From the NCBI GenBank assembly GCA_963807955.1, contig CAWEDQ010000003.1, forward strand, positions 32,578 to 96,577: a DNA stretch of 64,000 bases. Reading direction: 5' to 3'. The stretch is from Terriglobia bacterium. Lineage in GTDB: Bacteria; Acidobacteriota; Terriglobia; Terriglobales; Acidobacteriaceae. Below are positions 46,203 through 56,299 of this stretch, piece after piece (the first letter of the stretch is position 1; every line of letters starts with the position of its first letter). The position numbers and the translations under genes were made by a program. The notes beneath the pieces were generated by a model that searched no databases, was not told where the DNA came from, and was given only the letters and a program-made list of their open reading frames with translations.

Positions 46203-47927
46203 CTACTTCGTCTGGTACACCGTTTTGCCGCCAACTACCGTGCGCAATACTTTGGTTTTGAGAATCTCCTGCGGTGCAACTTTGGTTATGTCACGATCCA
46301 GGACCACCATGTCGGCGACCATGCCGGGTTTCAACACGCCCTTGGAATTTTCGGCAAATTCGGCGTAGGCAGCGCCAGTGGTATAGGCGGCAATCGCCTG
46401 ATGGATATCGATCTTCTGTTCCGGAAAATATTCTTTGGTGCCGGCTTCATTTTTGCGCGTTACGGCACAGTAGATGCCGCGGAACGGAGTGATTGGTTCC
46501 ACAGGATAATCAGTCCCGAAAGCCAGAACGACCCCGTCATCCAGAAACTCCTTCCACGCATACGAATGGCGTGCCCGTTCGGCGCCGATATGTGACACGG
46601 CCCAATTCATGTCCGTCAGCAGATGGTTTGGCTGCATGGACGCGATCACACCCAGATCTTTGAATTTCTTGTAATCTTCCGGCGCCACGACCTGTGCATG
46701 CTCAATACGAAAACGGAAATCGCGCTTGCCGCTTTGCTGTTCAGCCAGAGCAAATGCGTTCAGCGCCATGCGTGCTCCGCGATCGCCAATGGCATGAAAG
46801 CCCATCTGGAATCCGGCTTTCGCCCGCTCCACAGCCAGTTGATTGAGCTTGTCCTGTTCATAGCGAGGAATGCCGGCATTCTTAGGGTCATCGTCGAACG
46901 GGGCCAGCATGGCCGCGGTACGCGATCCAAGTGAACCGTCCATGAAGCCCTTGAGCATCGTGGTGTGCAGCATGGGATCGCCGGCAGGATGGTGATCGCG
47001 CGAAGCTATCAGCTTTTCAAGTGGCGCATCAAAAGGCAGCCATTCAGCGATTCGCAGCGTCAGCTTGCCTTCTTTTTCCATTTGCTCATAGGTCAGGAAA
47101 TCTTCCCAGTCAGAGTTGTCCTGGGCAGAGGTGATGCCATGTTGAGCGGCGTCCTGCAGAGCCAGTTCAGCAGCCTTTCTGCGCAGCGCCATTGTGGGCG
47201 CAGGAATCTTTTCACCAACTAATCCCATTGCCGTTTCGCGCAAAATGCCTGTGGGTTCGCCTTTTTCGTCTTTATCAATCTTTCCGCCATGAGGATCCGC
47301 GGTACTTGATGTAATGCCCGCTGCTTTCAATGCTGCACTGTTCGCGATGGCAATGTGCCCGTCCACGCGATTGAAGATTGCCGGATGATCGCCGGTGACG
47401 GCATCGATGTCAGCCCGCGTGGGCGTCTCCTGCACGGCCCACAGTGTATGGTCCCAGCCGCGGCCAGTGATCCACTCACCTGGCGCTGCCGTCTTCACCC
47501 GCGCGGCAATGCGGCCTTTCATATCTGCCAGTGATTTGACCCCGACCAGATCGACGTTCAGTTTTTCAAAGCCACCAGATCCCAGGTGAACGTGCGCGTC
47601 ATTGAATCCGGGCATGGCAAAATGGCCGCCGAGATCGACGACCTGGGTTTTTGCCCCTTTTAATTTCTGAATGTCCGAGTTGGATCCGACGGCGATGATT
47701 TTGCCATCAGCGATGGCGACGGCCTGGACCCGCCCAGATACCATGGCGCCTGCAAACTGAGGGTCAGCGCCGCTTTTGTTTACCCCCGAGACGGCACCCG
47801 TATAGATATCGCCATTCACGAAAATTACGTCAGCGGTGGATGGCTGTTGTGCTTCTGCAAGGCTTGTCATTGTTTGTCCAAGAAACGTGATTCCCAGTAA
47901 CGGCACAAGGGTAGCGATCAATCTCAT
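46203..47927 (-). CDS. secreted amidohydrolase-family metallohydrolase (YtcJ-like)
   Basis: Signal peptide. PGFNDAHVHLG metal-binding motif, HAIGD and FGTDYPVE motifs of the amidohydrolase_3 type. Confidence 0.88.
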   Translation of the reverse strand: MRLIATLVPLLGITFLGQTMTSLAEAQQPSTADVIFVNGDIYTGAVSGVNKSGADPQFAGAMVSGRVQAVAIADGKIIAVGSNSDIQKLKGAKTQVVDLGGHFAMPGFNDAHVHLGSGGFEKLNVDLVGVKSLADMKGRIAARVKTAAPGEWITGRGWDHTLWAVQETPTRADIDAVTGDHPAIFNRVDGHIAIANSAALKAAGITSSTADPHGGKIDKDEKGEPTGILRETAMGLVGEKIPAPTMALRRKAAELALQDAAQHGITSAQDNSDWEDFLTYEQMEKEGKLTLRIAEWLPFDAPLEKLIASRDHHPAGDPMLHTTMLKGFMDGSLGSRTAAMLAPFDDDPKNAGIPRYEQDKLNQLAVERAKAGFQMGFHAIGDRGARMALNAFALAEQQSGKRDFRFRIEHAQVVAPEDYKKFKDLGVIASMQPNHLLTDMNWAVSHIGAERARHSYAWKEFLDDGVVLAFGTDYPVEPITPFRGIYCAVTRKNEAGTKEYFPEQKIDIHQAIAAYTTGAAYAEFAENSKGVLKPGMVADMVVLDRDITKVAPQEILKTKVLRTVVGGKTVYQTK

Positions 47928-49162
47928 TCGTCAACTCCGGTCAGTGCCAGCAGCGTAAGCAGGATTCTCTTCAGGCCCAAATCGCGATTCGTACAGTCAA
48001 ACCATTCCCGCAGCGTGTGCGCGCCGCCGCCATCGCCCCCGCAACCAATCGTAGTAGCTTCCCGTCCCAGCGCCAGGGGCACGTTGGCATCCGTGGACGC
48101 AAGCCGGGGAATCGACTTGATGCGGAGATGAGCATCCACTGCACGAATCACTTTTATCATGCGCGAGCCTTCTGGCAATTCAGCAGCAGGCCTGTCACCG
48201 ATGGTCTCAATGGTAAATCGTACTTTGGCTTCGCCGGCCCGATAAGACAATGGCACCTCGCTCCACGCTTCATCGATGCACTCGCGCAGCCTGGTTTCAA
48301 GTCGCTGCAATTCCTCTTTGGAAGCGGAGCGCAGGTCCACACGTGCAGTGGCCGATTCGGGAATCGAATTCACTGAGGTGCCGCCCTGAATTACGCCGAC
48401 GTTGAACGTGGTGCGCGGGCTTTGCGGAACTTCTCCTTCACTGAAGCGCGCCAGCGCACGCGCCAGCAGCAGAATTGGATTGGGAATCCCAAAGTCGCTC
48501 CAGGAATGCCCGCCGGGACCGCGAAAGGTCACTTCGAATCGCCGGCTGCCCAACGCCTGCGTGACATATGTGTCCGTTCCCGCGCCATCAATCACCAGCA
48601 GCGATCGCAGAGTCTCTTTCCATGGCGGCGAAGCAAAAAGGTGGCGCATACCGCGCAGGTTACCCTCGCCCTCTTCACCTACGTTTCCAATGAACACCAC
48701 GTTGGATGACAAGCGCAGGTCAGAGCGCTTAAGCGCCGAAGCCAAAGCCAATATCGCCACCAGGCCGGCGGCGTTGTCGCTGATTCCCGGACCAAACAGG
48801 CGGTTCCCTTCTTCACGCGTTTCCAAACGCGTGCCCATGGGGAAAACTGTGTCGAGGTGCGCGCTCATCCCGAGGACCGGGAGAGCTGACGGAGGTTGCA
48901 GATAGCCGAACACGTTGCCCAGTTCGTCGACGCGTACCTGCTCCAGCCCCAGCGCGGTAAATCTTTCCGCCAGCCATTGGCTGCGCGCCGCTTCACCAAA
49001 GGGAGGCGCAGGAATTTCCGCGATTTCGCGCTGCCAGCGTCGAAACTCCAATTCCTGGTTGTGAAGGTAGAGGAACGCCGAATGAACAGCTCGCATTTCC
49101 GCAAGTCGAAATACCTCTTTTTGCGGAAGGGTTGCAGAATTTTCGGCTGAACGGCTGGGCAT
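47924..49162 (-). CDS. M20-family metallopeptidase
   Basis: 412 aa. SAHLDTV, DNAAG and GEEGEGNLRG motifs of M20 peptidases. 4-nt overlap with the downstream amidohydrolase gene. Confidence 0.88.
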   Translation of the reverse strand: MPSRSAENSATLPQKEVFRLAEMRAVHSAFLYLHNQELEFRRWQREIAEIPAPPFGEAARSQWLAERFTALGLEQVRVDELGNVFGYLQPPSALPVLGMSAHLDTVFPMGTRLETREEGNRLFGPGISDNAAGLVAILALASALKRSDLRLSSNVVFIGNVGEEGEGNLRGMRHLFASPPWKETLRSLLVIDGAGTDTYVTQALGSRRFEVTFRGPGGHSWSDFGIPNPILLLARALARFSEGEVPQSPRTTFNVGVIQGGTSVNSIPESATARVDLRSASKEELQRLETRLRECIDEAWSEVPLSYRAGEAKVRFTIETIGDRPAAELPEGSRMIKVIRAVDAHLRIKSIPRLASTDANVPLALGREATTIGCGGDGGGAHTLREWFDCTNRDLGLKRILLTLLALTGVDE

Positions 49163-49235
49163 GTTGGAGTCAATACTATACCTGACCGGGCCTGCTCATT
49201 TTGTTCCAGCCAGCAAACGCAGTCCTAAAGAAGGC

Positions 49236-49262
49236 AAAAAAAACGGCCCGATGCTCAGGCCG
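49236..49262 (-). terminator. probable rho-independent terminator of 49288-49572
   Basis: On the minus strand: CGGCC-N9-GGCCG stem-loop, followed by TTTTTTTT. Confidence 0.5.
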
Positions 49263-49287
49263 CCTTCTGAATGATGATGATCAAGCA

Positions 49288-49572
49288 TTAATTGTTGGGT
49301 GACGGCGAAGGAGAAGCCGCCGGTGAAGACGAAGAGGCAGGAGTCTTCGAGGTACCGCTCTTGGCTTTCTTGTGCTTCTTATTGTGTTTCTTGGTCGTGG
49401 TGGTGGTGGTCTGGGTAGTGGTCTGGTCCGTTGTGGTGGTCTGCGGCGTCGAGCTGCTGCTCTGGCCCGCTGTACTGCTTGAACTCTGTCCAGACGAGCC
49501 ACTGCCGGATTGTGCCACTGCCAAAGCGCCGCCCAGAGCCAGCGCGCCAACTGTCATGAGGATCTTCTTCAT
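49288..49572 (-). CDS. secreted Ser/Thr-rich, Lys/His-rich mini-protein (paralogue A)
   Basis: 94 aa. Strong SD (AAGGAGA). Signal peptide MKKILMTVGALALGGALAVAQ, then S/T-rich runs (TTTQTTTTTT) and KKHNKKHKKAK. Confidence 0.65.
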   Translation of the reverse strand: MKKILMTVGALALGGALAVAQSGSGSSGQSSSSTAGQSSSSTPQTTTTDQTTTQTTTTTTKKHNKKHKKAKSGTSKTPASSSSPAASPSPSPNN

Positions 49573-49683
49573 TGCATTCTCCTTGATGAATAAATAAATG
49601 GGTGTGTACCCTTAGCTGTAAACAATGAATTGATGCAAGAGTTTCGGAGAAAGCAGAGCAGCGCAAAAAAAGCGGAGCAGCAC

Positions 49684-49715
49684 AAAAAAAACAAAGCGGC
49701 CAAGTCAGGCCGCTT
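49684..49715 (-). terminator. rho-independent terminator of 49737-49940
   Basis: On the minus strand: AAGCGGCC-N6-GGCCGCTT (8-bp perfect stem), followed by TGTTTTTTTT. Confidence 0.75.
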
Positions 49716-49736
49716 CGGAAAAAAGTTGCCCCGGGT

Positions 49737-49940
49737 TTATTTGGGAGTTGCAGTTGTGGTGCTGGGAGTGCTGCTCTTCTTGGCCGCCTTCTTGGTGGCT
49801 TTCTTTCCGTGGGAATGCTTGTGCTTGGTGGTTGTGGTGGTTGTGGTTGTTTTGGTGGTGTCTCCGCCCTGGCTGGCTTGGGCAAAGGCAAGGCTCGCGC
49901 CCAGCAACATGGTGCATACAACTGTAAACAGCTTCTTCAT
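49737..49940 (-). CDS. secreted poly-Thr, Lys/His-rich mini-protein (paralogue B)
   Basis: 67 aa. SD AGGAGA. Signal peptide MKKLFTVVCTMLLGASLAFAQ, then TTTTTTTT and KHKHSHGKKATKKAAKK. Confidence 0.65.
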   Translation of the reverse strand: MKKLFTVVCTMLLGASLAFAQASQGGDTTKTTTTTTTTKHKHSHGKKATKKAAKKSSTPSTTTATPK

Positions 49941-50080
49941 CGCAGTCTCCTATTGAGGAATATCACAGTATTGAGGGATATTGCGTGTTAGCAGTTCCCC
50001 GATTAATAAATGAAACCCTTAGAGAGCATGATAGTTGCGGTTGAGCGAGTCGCACCCCGGGCGCAAACCTTAGTCCTTGC

Positions 50081-51334
50081 CTAAACCTTCGCTGAAGTGT
50101 CACTGCAAAATGCAAGGATCTCGTCTTCCGTAAGGCAGCGGTCTGAGGCCTTGGCTGATTGGAAGATGCGATCAACCAACTCGTCACTTGGAGAGAATCC
50201 TTTACGCTCCAGCCAGAAGATCACGTTCGACTTCCCACTCATCGGACCAATTTCAATGACCTGTTCCAGCCCGAAGTAGTGAGAGGGTACACCCGAATAA
50301 ACAGAGTTGGCTAGTTCCCGATCGCCTTTCTTAAATGCTTTTATCACAGCCGCAGCATGTACCCCCGTCGCTGTACGAAAGGCATCTTCGCCCAGCACCG
50401 GATAGTTCCGCGGAATCGGAACGTTTGTGGCCTCAGACACAACGGAGCAGTATTCTTTCAAACTGGTCAGGTCCTGCTGGTCCCATGGCGGCACGCCCAT
50501 CAATTTCAAATTAACCAGCATCTGGTCCATCTGGGTGTTGCCGACTCGTTCCCCGATGCCGAGCGCAGTGGCATGCACGCAATCTGCGCCTGCAGCCAGG
50601 GCAGCCAGCGAATTTGCGACACCAAGTCCGCGATCAGAATGCCCATGCCAGTCCAGGCGGATTTTCTCACCCGAAGGCTTGATGACCTCATCAATCACAA
50701 AACGAATCAGAGCATGAACGCCAGCCGGCGTGGAATGGCCGACCGTATCACAGACAACGATCGCGGTCGCGCCGCAGTGAATGGCCGTCGAATAGAGGCG
50801 CTTCACGGTTTCAGGGTCACAGCGCGATGTGTCCTCGGTAACGTACATAACTTCCAGGCCCAGTGAGCGCGCATACTTTACGGCCTTCTCGGTGGTGGTG
50901 AGAAGAAAGTCATCAGTCCAGTTTTCGGTGTAACGGCGAATGGGGCTCGATCCCAGAAAGCACGCGGCTTCAATGGCGATGCCGGCACGCTGCGAAATTT
51001 CCGCGATGGGACGAATATCATTCTCATGGGTGCGGGCGGCACAGTTAGGCTTGATCTTCATGCGGCTGTTGGCGATCTCACGCGCCAGCCGTTCCACATC
51101 CGCCACTGCGCGCGGCCCGGCGCCCGGCAGTCCGATGTCGAGCATATTAATGCCCAGTTGCTCCATTAGATGAAGGATTCGAATCTTGTCTTCAATGGCC
51201 GGATCTTTTACCGAGGGCGACTGAAGGCCGTCACGCAGAGATTCGTCATTCAGCAGTACGGCATGGCCCGGTTGAAACTGACCGCCTGAAACGGAATTCC
51301 AGTCGTAAATAAGGTGAGAATGTTTGAGCGCCAC
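50081..51334 (-). CDS. HMGL-like (pyruvate carboxyltransferase) domain enzyme of the 2-isopropylmalate / homocitrate synthase family
   Basis: 417 aa. LRDGLQS, HGHSDRGLGVANSLAALAAGA and GIGERVGN motifs. No LeuA regulatory domain is evident. Confidence 0.8.
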   Translation of the reverse strand: MALKHSHLIYDWNSVSGGQFQPGHAVLLNDESLRDGLQSPSVKDPAIEDKIRILHLMEQLGINMLDIGLPGAGPRAVADVERLAREIANSRMKIKPNCAARTHENDIRPIAEISQRAGIAIEAACFLGSSPIRRYTENWTDDFLLTTTEKAVKYARSLGLEVMYVTEDTSRCDPETVKRLYSTAIHCGATAIVVCDTVGHSTPAGVHALIRFVIDEVIKPSGEKIRLDWHGHSDRGLGVANSLAALAAGADCVHATALGIGERVGNTQMDQMLVNLKLMGVPPWDQQDLTSLKEYCSVVSEATNVPIPRNYPVLGEDAFRTATGVHAAAVIKAFKKGDRELANSVYSGVPSHYFGLEQVIEIGPMSGKSNVIFWLERKGFSPSDELVDRIFQSAKASDRCLTEDEILAFCSDTSAKV

Positions 51335-51371
51335 TTTTTAAACTCCAAAGCGTCTTTCCGTACATTTTACT

Positions 51372-52958
51372 TTAGAGCGGCTTACGCTTAAGGAACGATT
51401 GCGTGCTTTTCAGGGCTCCTGACATCTTTTTTGTTAAGCGCCCTGCGAAAAGCAGATTAATAAACCCACTCATCTGCTGGCGGAAGCCTGGGCCGTAACC
51501 GTACCACCATAGCTTTTTCATTCGCGGCAGACGGTCAGAATCCACATACTTTGGCCAGACCGTCTCTTCCAGCCCAAATCTTCCATGTGTGCGGCCGATG
51601 CCACTGGCCTTGACTCCTCCATGTGGCGCTTCGCTGATGCCGAAGCAGGCAATCACGTCATTCACCATCACCGTACCTGCCTTGATGCGGCCGGCGATCA
51701 TTTCGCCGTGGGAGCGGTTCCGGGTCCACACGCTGGCAGCCAGGCCAAACTCGGAGTCATTCGCCATGGCGACGGCCTGATCCTCATCGCGAAAACTGCA
51801 GACCGGAAGCACCGGGCCAAACGTCTCTTCGCGCATGACGTTCATGGAGTGGGTCACATCCGCAAGGATCGTCGGCGAAAAAAAGCATGGACCAAGTTGC
51901 GAGACAGCGTTGCCGCCCGCCAGCAATCGCGCGCCGTGAGCAATAGCATCATCCACGTGGTTCTGCACAGTACGTAGTTGGCGTTCATGAATCATTGGGC
52001 CGATATCCGTCGCTGGATCACTGCCATCCCCTTGCTTCAACTTCGCCGTTTTCGCTACACACGCCTGCAGGAACTGTTCATAGATTGAATGATGGACATA
52101 GCAACGTTCAACGGAGAGGCAGGTCTGCCCGGAATTCATGAACGCACCCCAGATGGCCGCACTGGAAGCAACGTCCACATCAGCGTCCTCCAGCACAACC
52201 ATGGGATCTTTGCCTCCGAGTTCCAGCACCACTGGCAGCAATCTGGCGGCGGCGGCCACGGCCACCTTCTTGCCGGTTGCCACGCTTCCGGTAAAGATCA
52301 GCTTGTCGATGTTCGACTCGAGCAAGGCGCCGCCCGCTGCGCCTTCGCCTGTAACCACCTGTAACAAATCCGCATCGAGTCCCGCCAGGCGAAGAAGACG
52401 TTGCAGTTCCAGGGAAGAAAATGGCGTGAATTCTGAAGGCTTCAGCACCACGGCGTTACCCGTGATCAGCGCCGTGAGCGTCTGGACCGAAGGCAGACTG
52501 AAGGGATAGTTCCACGGGCTGATGATGCCGATCACGCCGTAAGGCTCGCGCACAAGAATTCCCTGTTTGAGCTTCATGATGGGATTGGCGTGCGGCACCC
52601 GCTCTGGAAGCAGAAATTCCGGAGCATGATCGACGAGAAATTTGATTCCGTCCAGGACTACCAGCACCTCAGTGGACAAAGCTTCGGCCATGGGCTTGCC
52701 GGCTTCGCGGGTGATGACTTCGGCAACTACATCCTGCTGTTCGCACAGGAGCGCTTGAAAACGCTTTAAGACTGCCACCCGTTCCGCAATGGGCGTGGCC
52801 GCCCAGCGCTGCTGCGCGGTATGCGCGCGCGTCACGGCCTGGGCAATCTCTTGTGCAGTCGCGATTGGGACTGTGCCAATCATCTGTTGCGTAGCTGGAT
52901 TGGTCACGGCAATCTCACTCGTCGGACGCGGCAACGCTGCGGTGGAGACAGGATTCAT
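51372..52958 (-). CDS. NAD(P)-dependent aldehyde dehydrogenase family protein
   Basis: 528 aa. FTGS, ELGGKDP and the catalytic Cys region GQTCLSVER, plus EETFGPV. Confidence 0.92.
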   Translation of the reverse strand: MNPVSTAALPRPTSEIAVTNPATQQMIGTVPIATAQEIAQAVTRAHTAQQRWAATPIAERVAVLKRFQALLCEQQDVVAEVITREAGKPMAEALSTEVLVVLDGIKFLVDHAPEFLLPERVPHANPIMKLKQGILVREPYGVIGIISPWNYPFSLPSVQTLTALITGNAVVLKPSEFTPFSSLELQRLLRLAGLDADLLQVVTGEGAAGGALLESNIDKLIFTGSVATGKKVAVAAAARLLPVVLELGGKDPMVVLEDADVDVASSAAIWGAFMNSGQTCLSVERCYVHHSIYEQFLQACVAKTAKLKQGDGSDPATDIGPMIHERQLRTVQNHVDDAIAHGARLLAGGNAVSQLGPCFFSPTILADVTHSMNVMREETFGPVLPVCSFRDEDQAVAMANDSEFGLAASVWTRNRSHGEMIAGRIKAGTVMVNDVIACFGISEAPHGGVKASGIGRTHGRFGLEETVWPKYVDSDRLPRMKKLWWYGYGPGFRQQMSGFINLLFAGRLTKKMSGALKSTQSFLKRKPL

Positions 52959-52964
52959 AGTCGC

Positions 52965-53756
52965 TCAATATTCTACGCTTACCAGAAATAAGCCATGCGC
53001 CGGGGCAGTAGCGCCGGCGGCGGAGCGGTCACGCTCCGCCAGAATTTTCCGTATGTCCACAGCAACTGGCCCGCGCTTCCCTGTCATCAGGAACGTCCCG
53101 ACCAGGTTCCGCACCATGTGATGCAGGAAGCCGCTGCCTCTGACTTCATAAATGAGTTCCGGCCCCTGGCGGCTCCATTGCGAAGAAAATATCGTCCGTA
53201 TATTCGCAGGCGCAATGGTTTCACCATTGAATTCTGAATCGTTTGTACCGGCAAGAGCATCTCTACGCTCGGGATCGACTGCGGCAAATGAAGTGAAATC
53301 ATGCGTGCCGACAACGAGTGCGGCGGCCTCCATTATGTGACCTTCATTTAGCGGGTAGGGATGGTGGTACACGTAACGGGCAAGAAAAGGCGGACAGATT
53401 TCGTCGCGATAAATTCGATAACGGTAGGTTTTCGCCCTGGCCGCTTTGCGCGCGTGAAAGTCGCGCGATACGTCTTCCACGGAAAGGATACGAATGCTTT
53501 TCGGCATTACGTCATTCAAGGCTTTGCGCAGATTGTCCGGCGGAATCGGCGACTCGATGCTGACCGTGGCAACCTGGGCCAGCGCATGCACTCCGGCGTC
53601 AGTGCGACCGGAACCCTGTGGCAGCGTCTTTTCGCCGGTCAGGTGTTCGATTGCGGACAGTAAAGTGCCTTGAATGGTCGCGAGGCCCGGTTGGACCTGC
53701 CATCCTGCAAAATCCTGGCCATCGTACGCCAAAATGATTTTCAAATTACGCGCCAT
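52965..53756 (-). CDS. truA: tRNA pseudouridine synthase A
   Basis: 263 aa. YDGQDFAGWQ, GSGRTDAGVHA (catalytic Asp) and FLHHMVRNLVG motifs. Confidence 0.92.
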   Translation of the reverse strand: MARNLKIILAYDGQDFAGWQVQPGLATIQGTLLSAIEHLTGEKTLPQGSGRTDAGVHALAQVATVSIESPIPPDNLRKALNDVMPKSIRILSVEDVSRDFHARKAARAKTYRYRIYRDEICPPFLARYVYHHPYPLNEGHIMEAAALVVGTHDFTSFAAVDPERRDALAGTNDSEFNGETIAPANIRTIFSSQWSRQGPELIYEVRGSGFLHHMVRNLVGTFLMTGKRGPVAVDIRKILAERDRSAAGATAPAHGLFLVSVEY

Positions 53757-53948
53757 GGAGTTTGGAAAAACACTTTTTAACGCCGTTGATGCTGCTGAGC
53801 CGATATACTAACGAGTTTCCGCTAGTCATTACTGTTACGCCATCTGGAACTTCAGGTGAGGCTGTTACGTATTCAGGGTGACGGAAAACAGGATTTCCAG
53901 TCTCTATACATTACTCGAACCACATTTGCTTGAGTTGGGAGAATAAGA

Positions 53949-56066
53949 ATGTCCGTGGCTTTTATCCGTAGTGGCTTCGCCAAGAAGCTGGTAGCACTGG
54001 TCTGCCTTTTTACATTGACCGCGGCAGCGCAGCAGACAAACACGTCATTGTCGATTCAGCCGTCGGCGGAGCAGGGCTCAACCCCGAGCGGGCAAAAGAC
54101 TGCCGGGGAGCCGACGGGCGCCCATGAACCGAATTACAACCTGCCCCACCCGACAGGCGTTGACTATTCCGTCCCGGTCAAGCTGCTTCCCAACCCGTTC
54201 GCTCGTTATTCGCCGCGGAGCGTACCAGCACCCGCATTCACCAATGCGCCCAAAATCGAACAGCTCATCCAGAACGGCAAGCTGATGCTTTCGATGAATG
54301 ATGCGGTCGCCATCGCGCTCGCGGACAACCTAGATATTGCCATCGCGCGTTACAACCTGCCCATCGCGGATACTGACATCCTCCGCACCAAGGCGGGCGG
54401 CACTCCCCTCGGAGTCAATTCGGGCGTGGTTGCAAACACGCCGGGAGCAGGCACTGGGGGCATCGGCTCAGGCGTGACTGGAGCAGGCGCTGGCGGCACC
54501 ACAGCCGGGGCTGGCGGCGCTGGCACAGGTCAGGGAGGTATTGTGGGATCCACCAGCGGTGCGGGTCCGCTGCCTGATAATTTTGATCCGGTCCTGAGCG
54601 GAAGTTTTCAGATTGAGCATGCAACAATTCTGTCGGCGAACGCTTTTTCTGGAAGTACAGCCGCGATCCATTCGAATTCTACGGCTGGAAACTTCACCTA
54701 TTCTCAGGGGTTTTCTCCCGGCACCGCCCTTACCGTTAGCTATAACAACACCAGAAATTCAAATGACAGCGGGTCCAATTTCTTCAACCCGCAGCTGAAT
54801 TCATCTTTTCGTGCTACAGTCCGGCAGCATCTTTTACAAGGATTTGGACCATCGCTCAACACGCGTCTCATCCGGCAGGCAAAGAACAGCAAGAAGATCA
54901 CGGAAGAAGGCTTCCGCCAGCAGGTGATCTTCACCGTCAGCCAGATTGAAGGAATTTACTGGGACCTGGTCAATGCCTATGAAGACATGAAGGTAAAGGA
55001 AAGATCGCTTGGTCTGGCACAGAAGACCTTGTCAGACAACCAGAAACAGGTGCAGATCGGAACCCTGGCGCCGTTGGACGTGGTTCGCGCGCAGAGCACG
55101 GTCGCAAGCGCGGAGCAGGACTTGATCATCTCCCGAACCAATCTGCAACTAGAGCAGTTGACGATAAAGAATGCGCTCACCCGCAGCCTTCCCAACGGCT
55201 CACCCTTGCTGACAGCTGAGGTGATCCCTACAGATACCGTGCAGATTCCTGCTCAGGAAAACCTGCCTCCTGTCGAGGAGTTGATCAAGATGGCCATGGA
55301 GAACCGTCCTGATTATCGCCAGCTCAAAATAAACCTGCAAAACAGTGAAATTAACATTCAGGGCGCCAATAATGGACTGCGGCCGGTAGTTGATCTGCTT
55401 GGCTTTTACGGTGGGGCGAGTCTGGGTGGAGTTGGCAATCCCAACCCAATTCTTTTGACTGGACAAACACCGCCGCCCATCCCGCCACCCACTGGGTTCG
55501 GCGATTCCTTCACCAACCTGTTCAACTCTACTGCACCAGACAAAGGTGTAGCCATCAACATTCAGATCCCGCTCGGGAACAGGTCAGCTCAAGCCACACA
55601 GGTTCGTTCCCAGCTTGAATACCGGCAATCCCAGTTGAACCTTAAGCAGCAGGAAAACCTGATCGCGATCAACGTCCGCAATGACGCATTCACGGTAGAA
55701 CAGAACCGTGCCCGCGTAACCGCCGCGCAGCAGGCTCGCGAATTGTCGGCACAAACACTGGATGCCGAGCAGAAGAAATACAACCTGGGCGCATCAACTT
55801 ACCTTGCTGTCCTTCAGGATGAACGTGATCTGGCCCAGGCGGAATCAAACCTGGTTTCCGCCATGACCAACTATGCCAAGTCTCGTGTTCAGCTTGATAA
55901 GGACACGGCCCAGACATTGGATCGCAACAACATCAAGATCGACGAAGCGGTTACGGGAAGCGTTAAGACGCTGCCGACGATCCCAGGAACTGTCCAGAAC
56001 AAAACTGCCATCCAGGAGGTGACAGCGCCACCGCAGCCACCCCCGGCGCAGCAGCCACCGAAGTAG
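53949..56066 (+). CDS. TolC-family outer-membrane channel protein with a Gly-rich insert
   Basis: 705 aa. Signal peptide. Duplicated OEP-type helical halves (LSMNDAVAIALADNLDIAIARYN..., QLEQLTIKNAL..., NLVSAMTNYAKSRVQLD). Insert GAGTGGIGSGVTGAGAGGTTAGAGGAGTGQGG. Confidence 0.85.
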   Translation: MSVAFIRSGFAKKLVALVCLFTLTAAAQQTNTSLSIQPSAEQGSTPSGQKTAGEPTGAHEPNYNLPHPTGVDYSVPVKLLPNPFARYSPRSVPAPAFTNAPKIEQLIQNGKLMLSMNDAVAIALADNLDIAIARYNLPIADTDILRTKAGGTPLGVNSGVVANTPGAGTGGIGSGVTGAGAGGTTAGAGGAGTGQGGIVGSTSGAGPLPDNFDPVLSGSFQIEHATILSANAFSGSTAAIHSNSTAGNFTYSQGFSPGTALTVSYNNTRNSNDSGSNFFNPQLNSSFRATVRQHLLQGFGPSLNTRLIRQAKNSKKITEEGFRQQVIFTVSQIEGIYWDLVNAYEDMKVKERSLGLAQKTLSDNQKQVQIGTLAPLDVVRAQSTVASAEQDLIISRTNLQLEQLTIKNALTRSLPNGSPLLTAEVIPTDTVQIPAQENLPPVEELIKMAMENRPDYRQLKINLQNSEINIQGANNGLRPVVDLLGFYGGASLGGVGNPNPILLTGQTPPPIPPPTGFGDSFTNLFNSTAPDKGVAINIQIPLGNRSAQATQVRSQLEYRQSQLNLKQQENLIAINVRNDAFTVEQNRARVTAAQQARELSAQTLDAEQKKYNLGASTYLAVLQDERDLAQAESNLVSAMTNYAKSRVQLDKDTAQTLDRNNIKIDEAVTGSVKTLPTIPGTVQNKTAIQEVTAPPQPPPAQQPPK

Positions 56067-56091
56067 ACAGGCTCTCAACTACTTTTGTACT

Positions 56092-56122
56092 AACCCGGCT
56101 GATCATTCGGCCGGGTTTTTTT
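56092..56122 (+). terminator. rho-independent terminator after the TolC-family gene
   Basis: AACCCGGC (56092-56099) pairs with GCCGGGTT (56110-56117), 10-nt loop, and the T-run continues to 56122. Confidence 0.85.
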
Positions 56123-56299
56123 GTTCAAACGTTCGTCAAACGACAGGCGTGTCTGGCTATCAGTCCACAATCAAGGTGTCTACCTTAGCTTGCTTGAATT
56201 TCCAGCAGCAACTCTGTTCATTCCACATTTTTTGAGATATATTAGGCGCGCATCCCCCCTGCTTAGCCCTGACAACTATCACGCTTGAGGTTGGTTCCT

